NCBI GenBank assembly: GCA_036339465.1
Contig: JAYZAY010000024.1
Coordinates: 21,801 to 85,800 of the forward strand
Length of the DNA: 64,000 nt
Reading direction: 5' to 3'
Origin: Myxococcota bacterium
Lineage (GTDB): Bacteria; Myxococcota; XYA12-FULL-58-9; JABJBS01
The notes under the pieces were generated by a model. That model did no database searches, was not told where the DNA came from, and worked only from the letters and a program-made list of their open reading frames with translations. A program made the translations under genes and the position numbers. Shown here one piece after another: positions 54,466 through 64,000 of this stretch; within the stretch, counting starts at the first letter, position 1; each line of letters begins with the position of its first letter.

Positions 54466-55187
54466 ATAGACCAACTCCCAAAAAGACCATGGGGAAACTT
54501 ACTGCTTTATCGGTGTGGGGAAATTACAGGTGCATTGCTAGGGCGGCTCCTCTTAGGGCGGGATGAGGTTTGGTGACTACGCTCTTTAGCATGGGTACAG
54601 GGGCAGCCGAAGGGGGGCAACCTGGCGGTCCTTAATAATTTATGTGTCTTTGTTAATCTAAGTAATGAAGAAAAAGCAAAGGATGGCCTAGGAAATGGGC
54701 GGGCTAGAGTGATTTATTCGGGACTCGGAGTAGATAATTTCGCGATTTTGAGGCCTTCCTTACGCACCTGGTTATAGCCTGCTCTTTTTGGGCTGCCAAA
54801 TCATTATTTTGCGGAGAAGTTTTGTGCAAAATGTAAACACCCCACCCAGAGACAAAGCCCCAGTCTAGGCGCGATGGATGGGGGCTACTTCGAGATTAGG
54901 ACGACTATTGTATTGATGGCCCATAGGAAATGGGGAGGTTACTGGGCGCGGGTGGAGTGGCGGTTGTTTTGCCGAGTTTTCTTTTTTGAGATCAGCGTCC
55001 CAGTTTGATATTCAATAGGCTGATGGGGTATGAGGTTGTGATCGACTAAGAACTCAAGGCCTCGGGTCTTTTCTCCACCTAAAGATAGGCCGGTCAGTGA
55101 GTTAAGGTAGGGGCTCGAATATCTCCTTTGGCTTGGTGGTCCCTCGGTTAGAGGAACGACCCCATCCGCCTCAAATCAGTGCCAATA

Positions 55188-55625
55188 TTATGCTGGGTGA
55201 TGGTGGTCGTGGCCCTCTGAACCACATTGATGGGATTCACCGTGGAGGTAGTGCCATTGGCCCTCGATCTTAACGAAATGCCCTTTTTCATGATGACAGT
55301 GGGCAATTCCGGATTTCTTGTAGTGAGATCTGAATTCGACCGTTCCTTTCGTATCTGAGGCCAAACCTTCGCTAATTTCGAGAACCTCGAGTTTGGTCCA
55401 CCGTACCCCGGTTTCTGGAGCGATACCGGGGGGGCGCGTATCGGGATGCCAAGTGTTTAAAAGATATTCACTGGCTTTGGCGACAAATGCGGAATACCGG
55501 GACCGCATTAAGGCTTCAGCCGTCGGTGCGACGACTTCTCCATTTAAATAGGGTTTACAGCATATTTTAAAGGTCTTTTTACGGCCACATGGGCAGGGTT
55601 TCTTATCCAAACCGAATGTCTCCAA
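55188..55625 (-). CDS. YchJ family protein
   Basis: CPCG...CC, APTAEALMRSRYSAF, TWHP, GTVEF; His-rich tail. Confidence 0.9.
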   Translation of the reverse strand: METFGLDKKPCPCGRKKTFKICCKPYLNGEVVAPTAEALMRSRYSAFVAKASEYLLNTWHPDTRPPGIAPETGVRWTKLEVLEISEGLASDTKGTVEFRSHYKKSGIAHCHHEKGHFVKIEGQWHYLHGESHQCGSEGHDHHHPA

Positions 55626-55860
55626 TGAAATAGTTCAATTTGCCATATATATGGCGATATTTAAGTAAGTCCAGCACTTATGGAGCTTCGCAGGATGGTG
55701 ACAACGCTCTACTACGCTTTGTCTTTTGGGCTCTCGGTATGTGGGTGGACATGGAATACTTGGCCTAATAGCTGATTTTCGATAGTATGGGTTGTCGTTG
55801 TCGTAGGCTACTTGCGGAGTGTTTACGGCGGGCTATGTTTCGACACGATCTGATGGCGGG

Positions 55861-56691
55861 ATGATGCGGGAGAAATTGTTAAAAGAAATTGAGACCCGGG
55901 GTGATTTGCCTCCTCTGCCGGAAATTGTGCATCGACTCCGCAAGATGATTGAGGACCCCAATTCAGGTGCCCAAGATGTGGCCCGCGTGGTGCAATCTGA
56001 TCCCGTTTTAGCGGGAAGATTGTTGCAGTTGGCCAACAGTGTCTATTGGCGGGGTGGGTCTGTGGAGGTGACGCGGCTGACTAAGGCCTTAAGTCGTTTG
56101 GGGCTTAAGATGGCTCTAGACCTTGCCTACTCCATGGAGCTCCCAAAGCTTTTTCAGAGAGAGCAACTCATTAAGCAAGCGGATTTCTGGAAGTATTCCC
56201 TGGGGTTGGCCATCGTCGCCCAGTCTTTATCGAAGCGCTTGAAGGCGAATCGAAATGAGCAATCCAATGCCTATTTAGGTGGGCTAATGCGAAACACCGG
56301 AGTGTTGGTATTTGCGCACTTGATGCCCAAGGAATATGGCGAGCTCATCGCGAAAGTGAGTGAGGAAAAGGGTGTGCTTGAGGATGCAGAGACCCAGGCC
56401 TTTGGTATTTCTCGTGCGGAGATCGGGGCTTGCTTTGTCGAAAGATGGTGGCCGGTTTCTCCGGATGTCTTGTCTGCCGTCCGGGAGCGCCCCACGAGAA
56501 TCAAAGTAGAGCTAGCGAATGTGGTCCCTATGGCGAGTTGTTTTCTCAACTGGGCTGGTATGCCCGATGGCACAGGAGCACAGGAGCGCCGTCTTCCACC
56601 CCGTTATATGCAGCTTCGATTTGGATTCACGCAGAAAGATTGTGAGCAGCTCCGAGATGAGGTGGATATTGGGGTGGCTATTTTGAGCTAG
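55861..56691 (+). CDS. HDOD domain protein
   Basis: LPPLPE, DPVLAGRLLQLANS, FWKYSL; HD position reads RN. Confidence 0.88.
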   Translation: MMREKLLKEIETRGDLPPLPEIVHRLRKMIEDPNSGAQDVARVVQSDPVLAGRLLQLANSVYWRGGSVEVTRLTKALSRLGLKMALDLAYSMELPKLFQREQLIKQADFWKYSLGLAIVAQSLSKRLKANRNEQSNAYLGGLMRNTGVLVFAHLMPKEYGELIAKVSEEKGVLEDAETQAFGISRAEIGACFVERWWPVSPDVLSAVRERPTRIKVELANVVPMASCFLNWAGMPDGTGAQERRLPPRYMQLRFGFTQKDCEQLRDEVDIGVAILS

Positions 56692-56772
56692 GATTTCTTG
56701 GCTTTATTTCTGTGTCTATCGAGTTTCTTTCCAAAACCTGCCACCATGTTAATCTAATAGCTGAGGTCTTAT

Positions 56773-57747
56773 ATGGGTGATGGACAATTTTCTGTAACAT
56801 TTAGAGGCGTAAGAGGCTCTATTCCCACGCCCGCTTCACCCAAACAAATTGAAAAGAAATTAAGAGAATCCCTCTGTTTGGCTACCGCTGAGGATGTTGT
56901 GGATTCTACCTCGATCGATCGATTTATTGAAGGACTTCCGCTCCACCTTAAGGGGTGTTTGGGAGGCAATTCTGCGTGTCTAGAAATGAATGTTGATGGA
57001 CAATTACTCATTTTTGACATGGGGACTGGCTGTGTGGAATTGGGACGTGAGCTGATGGGGGGTGACTTCTCGAAGGGGCAAGGGGTGGCATCGATTTTCA
57101 TCACCCATACACACATGGACCATATTATGGGATTACCCATGTTTGGGCCCGTCTACATCCCTGGGAATAAACTCACTTTCCATGCTCCGATCCCCAATCT
57201 GAGACAGCGTTTAATTCGGCGACAACATTCCGACTTTTTTCCCATCCAATTCGAAGAGTTACCCGCTCTTATTTCGTTTGTCGATCTAACCGAATCGTCT
57301 GTGTATGAGTTGGGGAACGTGAAGATTCGTTGGCTCGAAAATGACCATCCCGGGCGTTCCTTTAGTTACCGCGTGGAATATGGGGGAAAAGCGGCCGTGC
57401 TGTCCACGGATGCGGAATATAAGAGTTTGGCGCCTGAGACATTGGACCCGGTTCTAGAGTTTTTTGATGGCGCGGATATCTTGGTTTTCGATGCCCAGTA
57501 TGGATTTACCGAAAGTGTTCGCATGAAAAGAGATTGGGGCCATAGTTCGTCTTTTGTGGGGGTTGATATGGCTTTGGATGCCGAAGTAAAAAAACTTGCG
57601 CTTTTTCATCACGAGCCAAACTTTGACGATTTTCAACTCAGCGACAATCTTAATCAGGCGAAGTCGTATCTCCAAAAATTGGATCCAGATTCGGAACTTG
57701 AGGTTTTCTTGGCCCAAGAAGGCACTACGATTCGGCTGGGGAATTAG
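56773..57747 (+). CDS. MBL-fold metallo-hydrolase
   Basis: GVRGSIP, GGNSAC, THTHMDH, HPG, DAQY, WGHS, FHHEP. Confidence 0.9.
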   Translation: MGDGQFSVTFRGVRGSIPTPASPKQIEKKLRESLCLATAEDVVDSTSIDRFIEGLPLHLKGCLGGNSACLEMNVDGQLLIFDMGTGCVELGRELMGGDFSKGQGVASIFITHTHMDHIMGLPMFGPVYIPGNKLTFHAPIPNLRQRLIRRQHSDFFPIQFEELPALISFVDLTESSVYELGNVKIRWLENDHPGRSFSYRVEYGGKAAVLSTDAEYKSLAPETLDPVLEFFDGADILVFDAQYGFTESVRMKRDWGHSSSFVGVDMALDAEVKKLALFHHEPNFDDFQLSDNLNQAKSYLQKLDPDSELEVFLAQEGTTIRLGN

Positions 57748-58003
57748 AAGAAGCAGCCACAGTCGGCCTCCTCCATGAACAGAACCTCCCTCTTTCTAGC
57801 GCCTTCTAAGGCGGTTCCTGTGGCTGATTTTGGCGTGGTTTCATGGCCAGCTCTCAGCGATAGGGATTTGTTTTCTTTGCCATGTCGACTTCTCCCTTAT
57901 CTTCGGACGAGGCTCCATTCAATCCTAGGCCGGATAGGGAATGGGCATTGCCTCAACTGGTTTGTAAAACCCGCCCTGGCATTCTCTCCCGAGAGATTCC
58001 AAT

Positions 58004-58027
58004 CCTAGGCAGGAAGCCTAGGTTTTT
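58004..58027 (+). terminator. Putative intrinsic terminator
   Basis: CCTAGGC-AGGAA-GCCTAGG hairpin followed by TTTTT. Confidence 0.5.
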
Positions 58028-58070
58028 GCCCCTGTGTGGCGCTCAGTGGATTTGGTGCGGTTTGTGACCC

Positions 58071-58110
58071 CTACTTCGTTCACCGGCGCCCTACTTCGTT
58101 TACCGGCGCC
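58071..58110 (+). repeat. 20-bp tandem repeat x2 (CTACTTCGTT[C/T]ACCGGCGCC)
   Basis: Read directly; one mismatch between copies. Confidence 0.85.
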
Positions 58111-58409
58111 CTCCAATCCTCTTTGTAAAAGCGCTTTTGGGATCGGCATCGATATTTTAGAGGCGAGGTCAAGTAAGTCTTTGTGAGTTCTGTGTTCCTA
58201 TAGCTCAGAAACAGTGACTGGTTTTTGGAGGAGGCCCCAGGTTCATTTTTGATAGCGCCTTTTTGGGGGAGATCCCAAAGTCTTGGGCTTGGCTTGTTTC
58301 ATATCTGGGCCGATTGAGAACTTTCCGAAGAAACACGGGGTTTCAGCTATTTTCTGAAGGCGCCGGCAAATCCTATATGGTTGTGTTCTATACTCAAGCA
58401 ATCACGGGT

Positions 58410-58826
58410 CTATCGCAATCGTCTGAAAATGTAGCGGTACATTGTTTGCAAGTCTTGCCGAGGACTCTGGACGCTAAAATTTGCGAAGTGGTGAAGCACC
58501 CAGCCCTTTTGTGCAAGGTGGTTTATGACGATTACTTCAATTTCACCCATGGACTCGCCGCGCAGACGTCCATTAACCCCGAGGACCTTCCATATTTTCG
58601 AAATATTCCCACTGTTTACGCTTTCGTTTCGATCGGTCCAGGAATAGCGCGCGGGGGCTTCGCTGTCGACGGGATCTGCAAAGTCGCCGGCGACTTCCGC
58701 ATAAAATGATGCGTATTCATAGTGTCCGGGTCCCGCTTTTGGTTTTGCATCAGGGTGACAAGCAGCCAGACCGAGAAAACATAATGACGCTACTGTGTAT
58801 TTGCTGAACTTTGAAGTTATGTTCAT
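58410..58826 (-). CDS. Lipoprotein, DUF4177-like
   Basis: GGGAGG RBS, lipobox LAAC, YEY...NHLAQKGWVL...YIFRR pattern. Confidence 0.65.
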   Translation of the reverse strand: MNITSKFSKYTVASLCFLGLAACHPDAKPKAGPGHYEYASFYAEVAGDFADPVDSEAPARYSWTDRNESVNSGNISKIWKVLGVNGRLRGESMGEIEVIVINHLAQKGWVLHHFANFSVQSPRQDLQTMYRYIFRRLR

Positions 58827-59174
58827 GAAGACCCTCCCCACGCGACTATAGGACGAAATGGCTAGGAAAGGAAAATAGGGCCCTGTTTTTTTCTGATTAC
58901 ATGGCAGAAAACTCGAATGAATAGGTATTTAGTGTCGATCGCATAGGGAGGGAGCTTGTGGTTTGGGGGCCTTATCAGTTTAAATTTTTCCGCTTTCTCG
59001 GTGTCTTGAGAGTCCCAAAACGACTTAGTCTGTTGTTCACCGTTACGGACCCAAAGAAAGGTGAATATTGTTATTTCGGTGCCGTCTCGTTTGAATACAT
59101 ATATGCTCGGCCGTGCATAACCATTCAATGGGATTTCAAGGATGCGATGTTTTATCTTTTGGCTTAAGCCAAAT

Positions 59175-60959
59175 TTAGAAGTCTGCATTCAACCCGACAC
59201 CGAATGACATACCGGTAGTTAGGCCCTTAGCCGACAGTATAAAGCCGATGGGGAGCCCCAATCCACTGCTTATTTGCCGGGTTCCTAGCGCAACCCGGAT
59301 GGCTAGGGAGTTGGTGAGCGCATAGGCCAGCTCGCCGGTGATACTCATGGCTTCGCTCATTTCACCATACTTAAAGAAGTGGACTCCTAGTTTTGGCGTG
59401 AGGTCTGAGAAAGTGTAGTTCGCGTAAAAGTTTCCGTAGAATATGTCATCAGCTTCGCTTTTGAGGGTCATGAGCATCCCACCATCCATTGCCAGACCTA
59501 GGCCAGCCACAGGCGCCCAAGCCAGTGTTAGGCCCGGACCAAAATGGTCCATACCGTTTCCTGTGCCCGGCTCTATTCCCTTCGCTTTGGTCCCTGTGGC
59601 GAGTTTAACCCTAAGGTCTACGCCTGCTGTCACAACTTCACTGAACTTATAGGCATAACCCCCGGTTAAATTTATATCACCGAGACCATATTTTGAGTGT
59701 TCCATCCCTGCCATGGACGCAGCCTTGATTACGAATGGAATTCCCAATTTGGTTTTGAATTGATTGGCGCCGGTCGTGAAGGTGTAGCCGAGGCTTAAGT
59801 CGAGCAATATGGTCGTCGAGCTGACTCCTTCTTGAAAATCTTGTTGTTTCCCATCTTTATTATATTTCCCACTGGCCATGTCATAAGAGAAGTAGATATC
59901 TGTATTAAATTTTCCGATAGTGGGTTCTTCCCCATTTTGATTGGCGCCATAGACGATATCCAGTTCTTGTAGGACTTCCGCTCGAACCGTTCCTACCTTA
60001 CTGGCTAATTTATAGTTTAAGACCTTTTGAACCGATTGTGGTTGGTGTAAGGGGAAATCCTCGGTATTCCACCCTGCTTCTTCCAATTCCATGAGAAGTC
60101 CAGCGAGTTGGGCACCCATGGATACGTGGTCGGGAAGAACCGCGAAAGTTCCGAACTCAAACTTTTCAGAGATGAGGGAAGGTACCCCGACAATGACTGG
60201 TTTATTACACTTCTGGAGACTTGGATACCAGGCAGCGAGGAGCAAATCCTTTTTTAAGAGCTTATTGTCGTTGAGAACCCACAGCGCATCTATCCCGTCT
60301 TCGTAGATAAGCTTTTTGATGCCACGTTTCACCGAGCGGTGAACGTTGGCTTCATCGGATTTTATTTTAACGCCAATAATTTCGATGCCCTCATCTTTTG
60401 CAAACACCCGATCACGCTCGACAATGGATTCAAACCGCTCTCGGTAAATCACGCCGAAACGCTTCATAGGCTCATTGACCAAGGAACGGAAATTCACGAA
60501 GCTCAGGACGGCAGGGATCTCATAATAGATGCCTGTGGCGTTTTTGACTCCCTTGACTTCAAAGTCTAGGAAAGAGGTTAGCGCCATCACGGCGGCGGGG
60601 TGGCGCACCTTCTTAGAACTTTTTTGGTATTCCCTATAAAGCTGAACCGTGGCGTTGTTTAGAACCACAATGGCCTTGGGAGAATGCTTTTCTATTAATT
60701 GCTCGATATCAGCCGAGGTCGATTGCTTTGAAACGATTTTCTTGATGAGCTTGTAAGCTTTTGGTACTTGATTGGTGAGCTCGTTGATGATTTCTTCGGT
60801 GGCATCTGTTTTTGGTGCCAGAACGAGAATTGAGGTTCTTTCCGAGTTTTGAGCCCAGGCACTTCCTATTGTGAGCGATTGCGCCCCTCCGCTCAGAATG
60901 GCGATCCATAAGGAAAAACCTATATTGCGAATTGGAGTATGGCTTAGAATTTTTTCCAT
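59175..60959 (-). CDS. Fusion of ABC-type substrate-binding-like domain and outer-membrane beta-barrel
   Basis: Signal peptide (AWA); GIDALWVLND, KPVIVG..SL...FGTFAVLPD; then amphipathic strands with GLGDINL, KLATG, terminal NADF. Confidence 0.7.
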   Translation of the reverse strand: MEKILSHTPIRNIGFSLWIAILSGGAQSLTIGSAWAQNSERTSILVLAPKTDATEEIINELTNQVPKAYKLIKKIVSKQSTSADIEQLIEKHSPKAIVVLNNATVQLYREYQKSSKKVRHPAAVMALTSFLDFEVKGVKNATGIYYEIPAVLSFVNFRSLVNEPMKRFGVIYRERFESIVERDRVFAKDEGIEIIGVKIKSDEANVHRSVKRGIKKLIYEDGIDALWVLNDNKLLKKDLLLAAWYPSLQKCNKPVIVGVPSLISEKFEFGTFAVLPDHVSMGAQLAGLLMELEEAGWNTEDFPLHQPQSVQKVLNYKLASKVGTVRAEVLQELDIVYGANQNGEEPTIGKFNTDIYFSYDMASGKYNKDGKQQDFQEGVSSTTILLDLSLGYTFTTGANQFKTKLGIPFVIKAASMAGMEHSKYGLGDINLTGGYAYKFSEVVTAGVDLRVKLATGTKAKGIEPGTGNGMDHFGPGLTLAWAPVAGLGLAMDGGMLMTLKSEADDIFYGNFYANYTFSDLTPKLGVHFFKYGEMSEAMSITGELAYALTNSLAIRVALGTRQISSGLGLPIGFILSAKGLTTGMSFGVGLNADF

Positions 60960-61693
60960 TGCTCTACCCCCAGTGTTTTTTTTGTTGCATTATCCAAACT
61001 CATAAATGCCTTGACCAAGACTGATTTTGCTTTCTGATTGATGATCCCGACCGCCGGTAACCCAAAATTGACTTTTGGAAGTTTGGTTATTGTAAGTTCC
61101 AATTGAGTTTTATCTCGGTAGCGGCCGACCGCTGATTTGGGGATGAGGATACCATCAACCAATTTAAATTGCAGCAGCGTCAAAAGGTCTTCTGTTTTGG
61201 CCACCAATGTTACTTTTGGCTTTTTGCTAAATCCAAGGAGTTTCTCGATGAACTTAATCATTTTGTTGCGCCCCATTAAGTCGATGGACCCGAGCTTAAG
61301 ATCTGGGCCGACTAAGAGTGGAACTCGAGACAGCAGAACATAGGGCTCCGATTCCATACCTCGGATTTGTCCTTGAAGTCGTATTTTAAGCTCCCCGTTC
61401 ATGCTCTCTTTTGTGGACTCGATGGCGGCGCGAAAGGCGAAAATAGCGTCAGGAGGTGACTGTTTAAGAGCGTGTCTGAAGTCGTTGACACGACCATAGA
61501 CCTTGACATCGACCTCAGGCATGGCTTTACGTAGGATTTCTCGGAGTGCCCTGGGACGAATATCTAAGGGCAAATGGACGGCCAGTGATGGTTCGGCCTG
61601 TGCTAGGGATGTGCTGAAGAGCACCAGACAACAAAAAGAGACTGCCCAGCGCCCCTCTCTTGACTGGGGACTTCTTTTTCCTAAGGTCCGCAT
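60944..61693 (-). CDS. Exported periplasmic-binding-protein-like hypothetical protein
   Basis: Signal peptide (AQA); VKVYGRVNDF, PDAI, KTEDLLTLLQF; overlaps the downstream fusion gene by 16 nt; start uncertain. Confidence 0.6.
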   Translation of the reverse strand: MRTLGKRSPQSREGRWAVSFCCLVLFSTSLAQAEPSLAVHLPLDIRPRALREILRKAMPEVDVKVYGRVNDFRHALKQSPPDAIFAFRAAIESTKESMNGELKIRLQGQIRGMESEPYVLLSRVPLLVGPDLKLGSIDLMGRNKMIKFIEKLLGFSKKPKVTLVAKTEDLLTLLQFKLVDGILIPKSAVGRYRDKTQLELTITKLPKVNFGLPAVGIINQKAKSVLVKAFMSLDNATKKTLGVEQWKKF

Positions 61694-63000
61694 TCGTATT
61701 TTTTGCTCCGAGTGTTTTTGTATCGAGTTGCGTAGGGATTTGGTAGCCCAAGTTCCCTTCAAGACACAACCAAACAAAACACCTGATTTCTCCCATGAGC
61801 GAGAGGGGAAATCAAATGAAGTATCTCTTTTCTCGAATCAAAAAGAACTTGAAAAGTTTAGGCGCCGAGAAAGGTTTGAGAGGATACCGTTTTGAGCTTC
61901 TGCGGCGGTCGAAACATGGTTGTCGAGTAAACCGCTATTGTCCTTGTTGTAGTGTGTCCATTGGCCTGCGGTTTGGTTGGAAATTCCGTCCTTAAGGGGG
62001 GGGTACCCATAGCGTGTTTTTGGAATCTAACATCATTAAACCTACGTAGTTACCGGCCAAAGCACGAGTTTCTCTTGTGTAGCGGGGTTATTCGGCACTT
62101 TTCGAAGCTAGGGAGAAAGAGGCTGAATGCTTACGAGAGTCATGGCAATATCTATTGAATGGTTTTGGAGGCCGTTTTCTAGTAGCCCAGGCAAATGGTT
62201 TAGGTATCAAGCCCAATTTGGAAGGAGAGAAAACGGGTGAGCACTGCCTGGGCCAATTTAAGGTATTGGGCGGCCCAAGAATACACAAGCCGGTATTAGG
62301 AGTTTTAAATCCCTTACCGAGGTTCTGCCGAGGCCTTTAAGGGTGGTTTCACCGAGTCGGGCTTCTCACTGGGGGCCTGGTGCCCAATCCACTGCAGCTA
62401 GCGTGCATCTCTGGTGTAGATCTAGGAAGTATCCACAACCGGAAATCATCGCCCCAATTGAGTGGTGGATGCGCAGGGCTTTGTTATTTTGCCTTCCTGG
62501 GCGTCTAAAAACGCCATTCTTCCCTCTTCTTATTCCGATGAATTGCGGTCAATCAAAGGACCTTAGCGGGGATTTGTATCAAAAAAGGAAAACTAAGACA
62601 AAGTCCCAATAACCACCCAGCTTATTCTTTGTGTTTGCCGTTGTTGAAAAACTGGTGGTTAGAACATTTGAGAAGGGGCAGTACAAATTGGGGTGGGAAT
62701 CTCCGATTGAGGCAAAGTTGAAACCTGTCGTGGTACATCTTATAACCACCACTTTGGGCGCTGTTGCCGAGGCCTTTTTGCCGCCCGCCGCTCTATCCTG
62801 AGCTCTCTAAATTAGTCGGAAAATCATCAGGGAATGTTGCATCCTGGAATTGCCGGGTCCACCGAAATCAACGAAGCCACGAAATACTTACTTTGAGATC
62901 CCAGGTAGCCAAAGTTCCCAGTAATGTTCTCGGTTGATTTAGTCTTTACGCCCGGTTGATTAACTCAAGGTTCGGGGATTTCTAAGAAAGGGCCAAAGTT

Positions 63001-63300
63001 TCAAAGAATCAAAATGTTCATAAACTCCAGGACGCGGAGCTCATTGATGGTGGGGAGCGGCCAGCCGGGGTGGACGGCAATGCTTGAAGAGTCGCAGGCA
63101 TCAAAAATGGGTCCTAACTGGAGAACCCCACCATTGTCGTTTTTGTCGTTTTTGTCGTTTTGGGTCCTATATCGATATTTGGTATCGCTATCATCACACT
63201 TATTGGTGGTGTCATTGTAGGTCATGCCTAGGGGGAACTTCATTCAGCTAAGACCCGAATTGAGGTCGGTCTAGGTACCGTCGGCATTGTCGCGAAAGGT
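63001..63300 (-). pseudogene. Decayed DUF1566 (Lcl C-terminal, C-type lectin-like) domain
   Basis: Frame reads FRDNADGT*TDLNSGLS*MKFPLGMTY...C...GWPLPTINELRVL, matching F.DNGDGTVTD..TGLMW...WRLPT..EL with two stops. Confidence 0.7.
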
Positions 63301-63307
63301 GCGGCAT

Positions 63308-63361
63308 ATAAGGCGCGATGGTCGTTCCTTAGGGCTTCAGATAAGGCGCGATGGTCGTTCC
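63308..63361. repeat. 21-bp perfect direct repeat ATAAGGCGCGATGGTCGTTCC x2
   Basis: Copies at 63308-63328 and 63341-63361, flanking the stop codon of the Cys-rich gene. Confidence 0.9.
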
Positions 63362-64000
63362 CTGACGAATGGTGTAGCCCCCATTGTTCACACCTCCTCC
63401 CAAAACAGGATTCACTGGGACCTCAGCTGTCACCGTATACCCTATGACCCCGCTAGCATGGGGCGGGTCCCAGTCTGTCCCATCACCACCCGACCCCTCC
63501 CAAAAGTAATTATTCACCGACGCCGAGGTTTGGGCACAAATAAAATGGACATTGTCCTCTGTGGGCGCTTGTTCTGAATTCACAGACCTATGATAATGTA
63601 CGCTGTTGTCCGGACAACCCACACTACAGTCGATGCCTCCATAATTTTCGTTTGAGTTAGGATATTTATAGCGGCATATGGCTGTCGAATCGCACGCAGT
63701 ATTGCTTGAGGAAGCATCATCATTTGCAGCGTTGATGGTGCCCGAAGCGCAGGCAACGCAGGCATTACTCGATACATATTGATTCTCGGCGCAAAGGGTT
63801 ACCTCGCACGCAGTATTGGCTCCAGAAGCATCATCGTCTGCAGCGTTGGTGGTGCCTGCATCGCAGGCTACGCAGGCATTGTTTTCAACACGTTGGTTTG
63901 CCGAGCAAGTAATAGCCCCACACTCAGTATTGACTGAGGTTGGATTATCTCCTGGGGGGCGGGAATAGCCGTTAGCACATGGAACGCAGATATTGCTCGA
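63329..64000 (-). CDS. Cys-rich repeat surface protein, C-terminal part (5'-truncated by window edge)
   Basis: Stop-free frame from 64000: ...CSANQRVENNACVACDAGTTNAADDDASGANTACEVTL CAENQYVSSNACVACASGTINAANDDASSSNTAC...; 38-aa / 114-bp period. Confidence 0.85.
   Translation of the reverse strand, partial: SSNICVPCANGYSRPPGDNPTSVNTECGAITCSANQRVENNACVACDAGTTNAADDDASGANTACEVTLCAENQYVSSNACVACASGTINAANDDASSSNTACDSTAICRYKYPNSNENYGGIDCSVGCPDNSVHYHRSVNSEQAPTEDNVHFICAQTSASVNNYFWEGSGGDGTDWDPPHASGVIGYTVTAEVPVNPVLGGGVNNGGYTIRQGTTIAPYLKP

Noticed and set aside
58069..58112. CRISPR-like repeat
   Set aside because: Two adjacent 20-bp copies without spacers; no cas genes in the window
58862..59188. 108-aa ORF between the lipoprotein and the fusion gene
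   Set aside because: No motif or clear RBS; it overlaps the upstream gene end and cannot be supported as a gene
61795..62999. Short ORFs in the 1.2-kb gap before the DUF1566 remnant
   Set aside because: Short, mutually overlapping and motif-less; no recognisable RNA structure
63001..64000. Active diversity-generating retroelement
   Set aside because: No reverse transcriptase, no avd, and no ~100-bp repeat pair differing only at adenines; the 114-bp repeats are coding repeats with mixed substitutions

Overview
Bacterial chromosomal window, roughly balanced GC, with a gene repertoire (MshEN, RHH, VIT/VWA, MMPL, HDOD, Cys-rich repeat proteins) that suggests Myxococcota/deltaproteobacterial ancestry; the taxonomy is inference only. 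Housekeeping content: a rearranged lipid A cluster (skp-lpxD-lpxA-lpxI-GnnA-like oxidoreductase), guaB-guaA, tRNA-Val(CAC), lepA-lepB, pyrR-pyrB-pyrC', pepN, oligopeptidase B, valS and yciH. Most notable accessory features: (1) a translationally coupled, secreted VWA + giant VIT/VWA/beta-propeller pair behind a sigma54-type promoter with two TGTG-N10-CACA palindromes; (2) a binding-protein/outer-membrane beta-barrel fusion with a second binding-protein-like partner; (3) a full-length PurT homologue that has lost most catalytic residues; (4) an SCP2 / CYP142-like P450 / [3Fe-4S] ferredoxin module suggestive of sterol or lipid oxidation; (5) a Cys-rich repeat gene whose stop codon is flanked by a 21-bp duplication and followed by a decayed DUF1566 domain. 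No CRISPR array, rRNA, integrase, transposase or reverse transcriptase was recognised. All family assignments come from motif recognition by eye, not from database searches.
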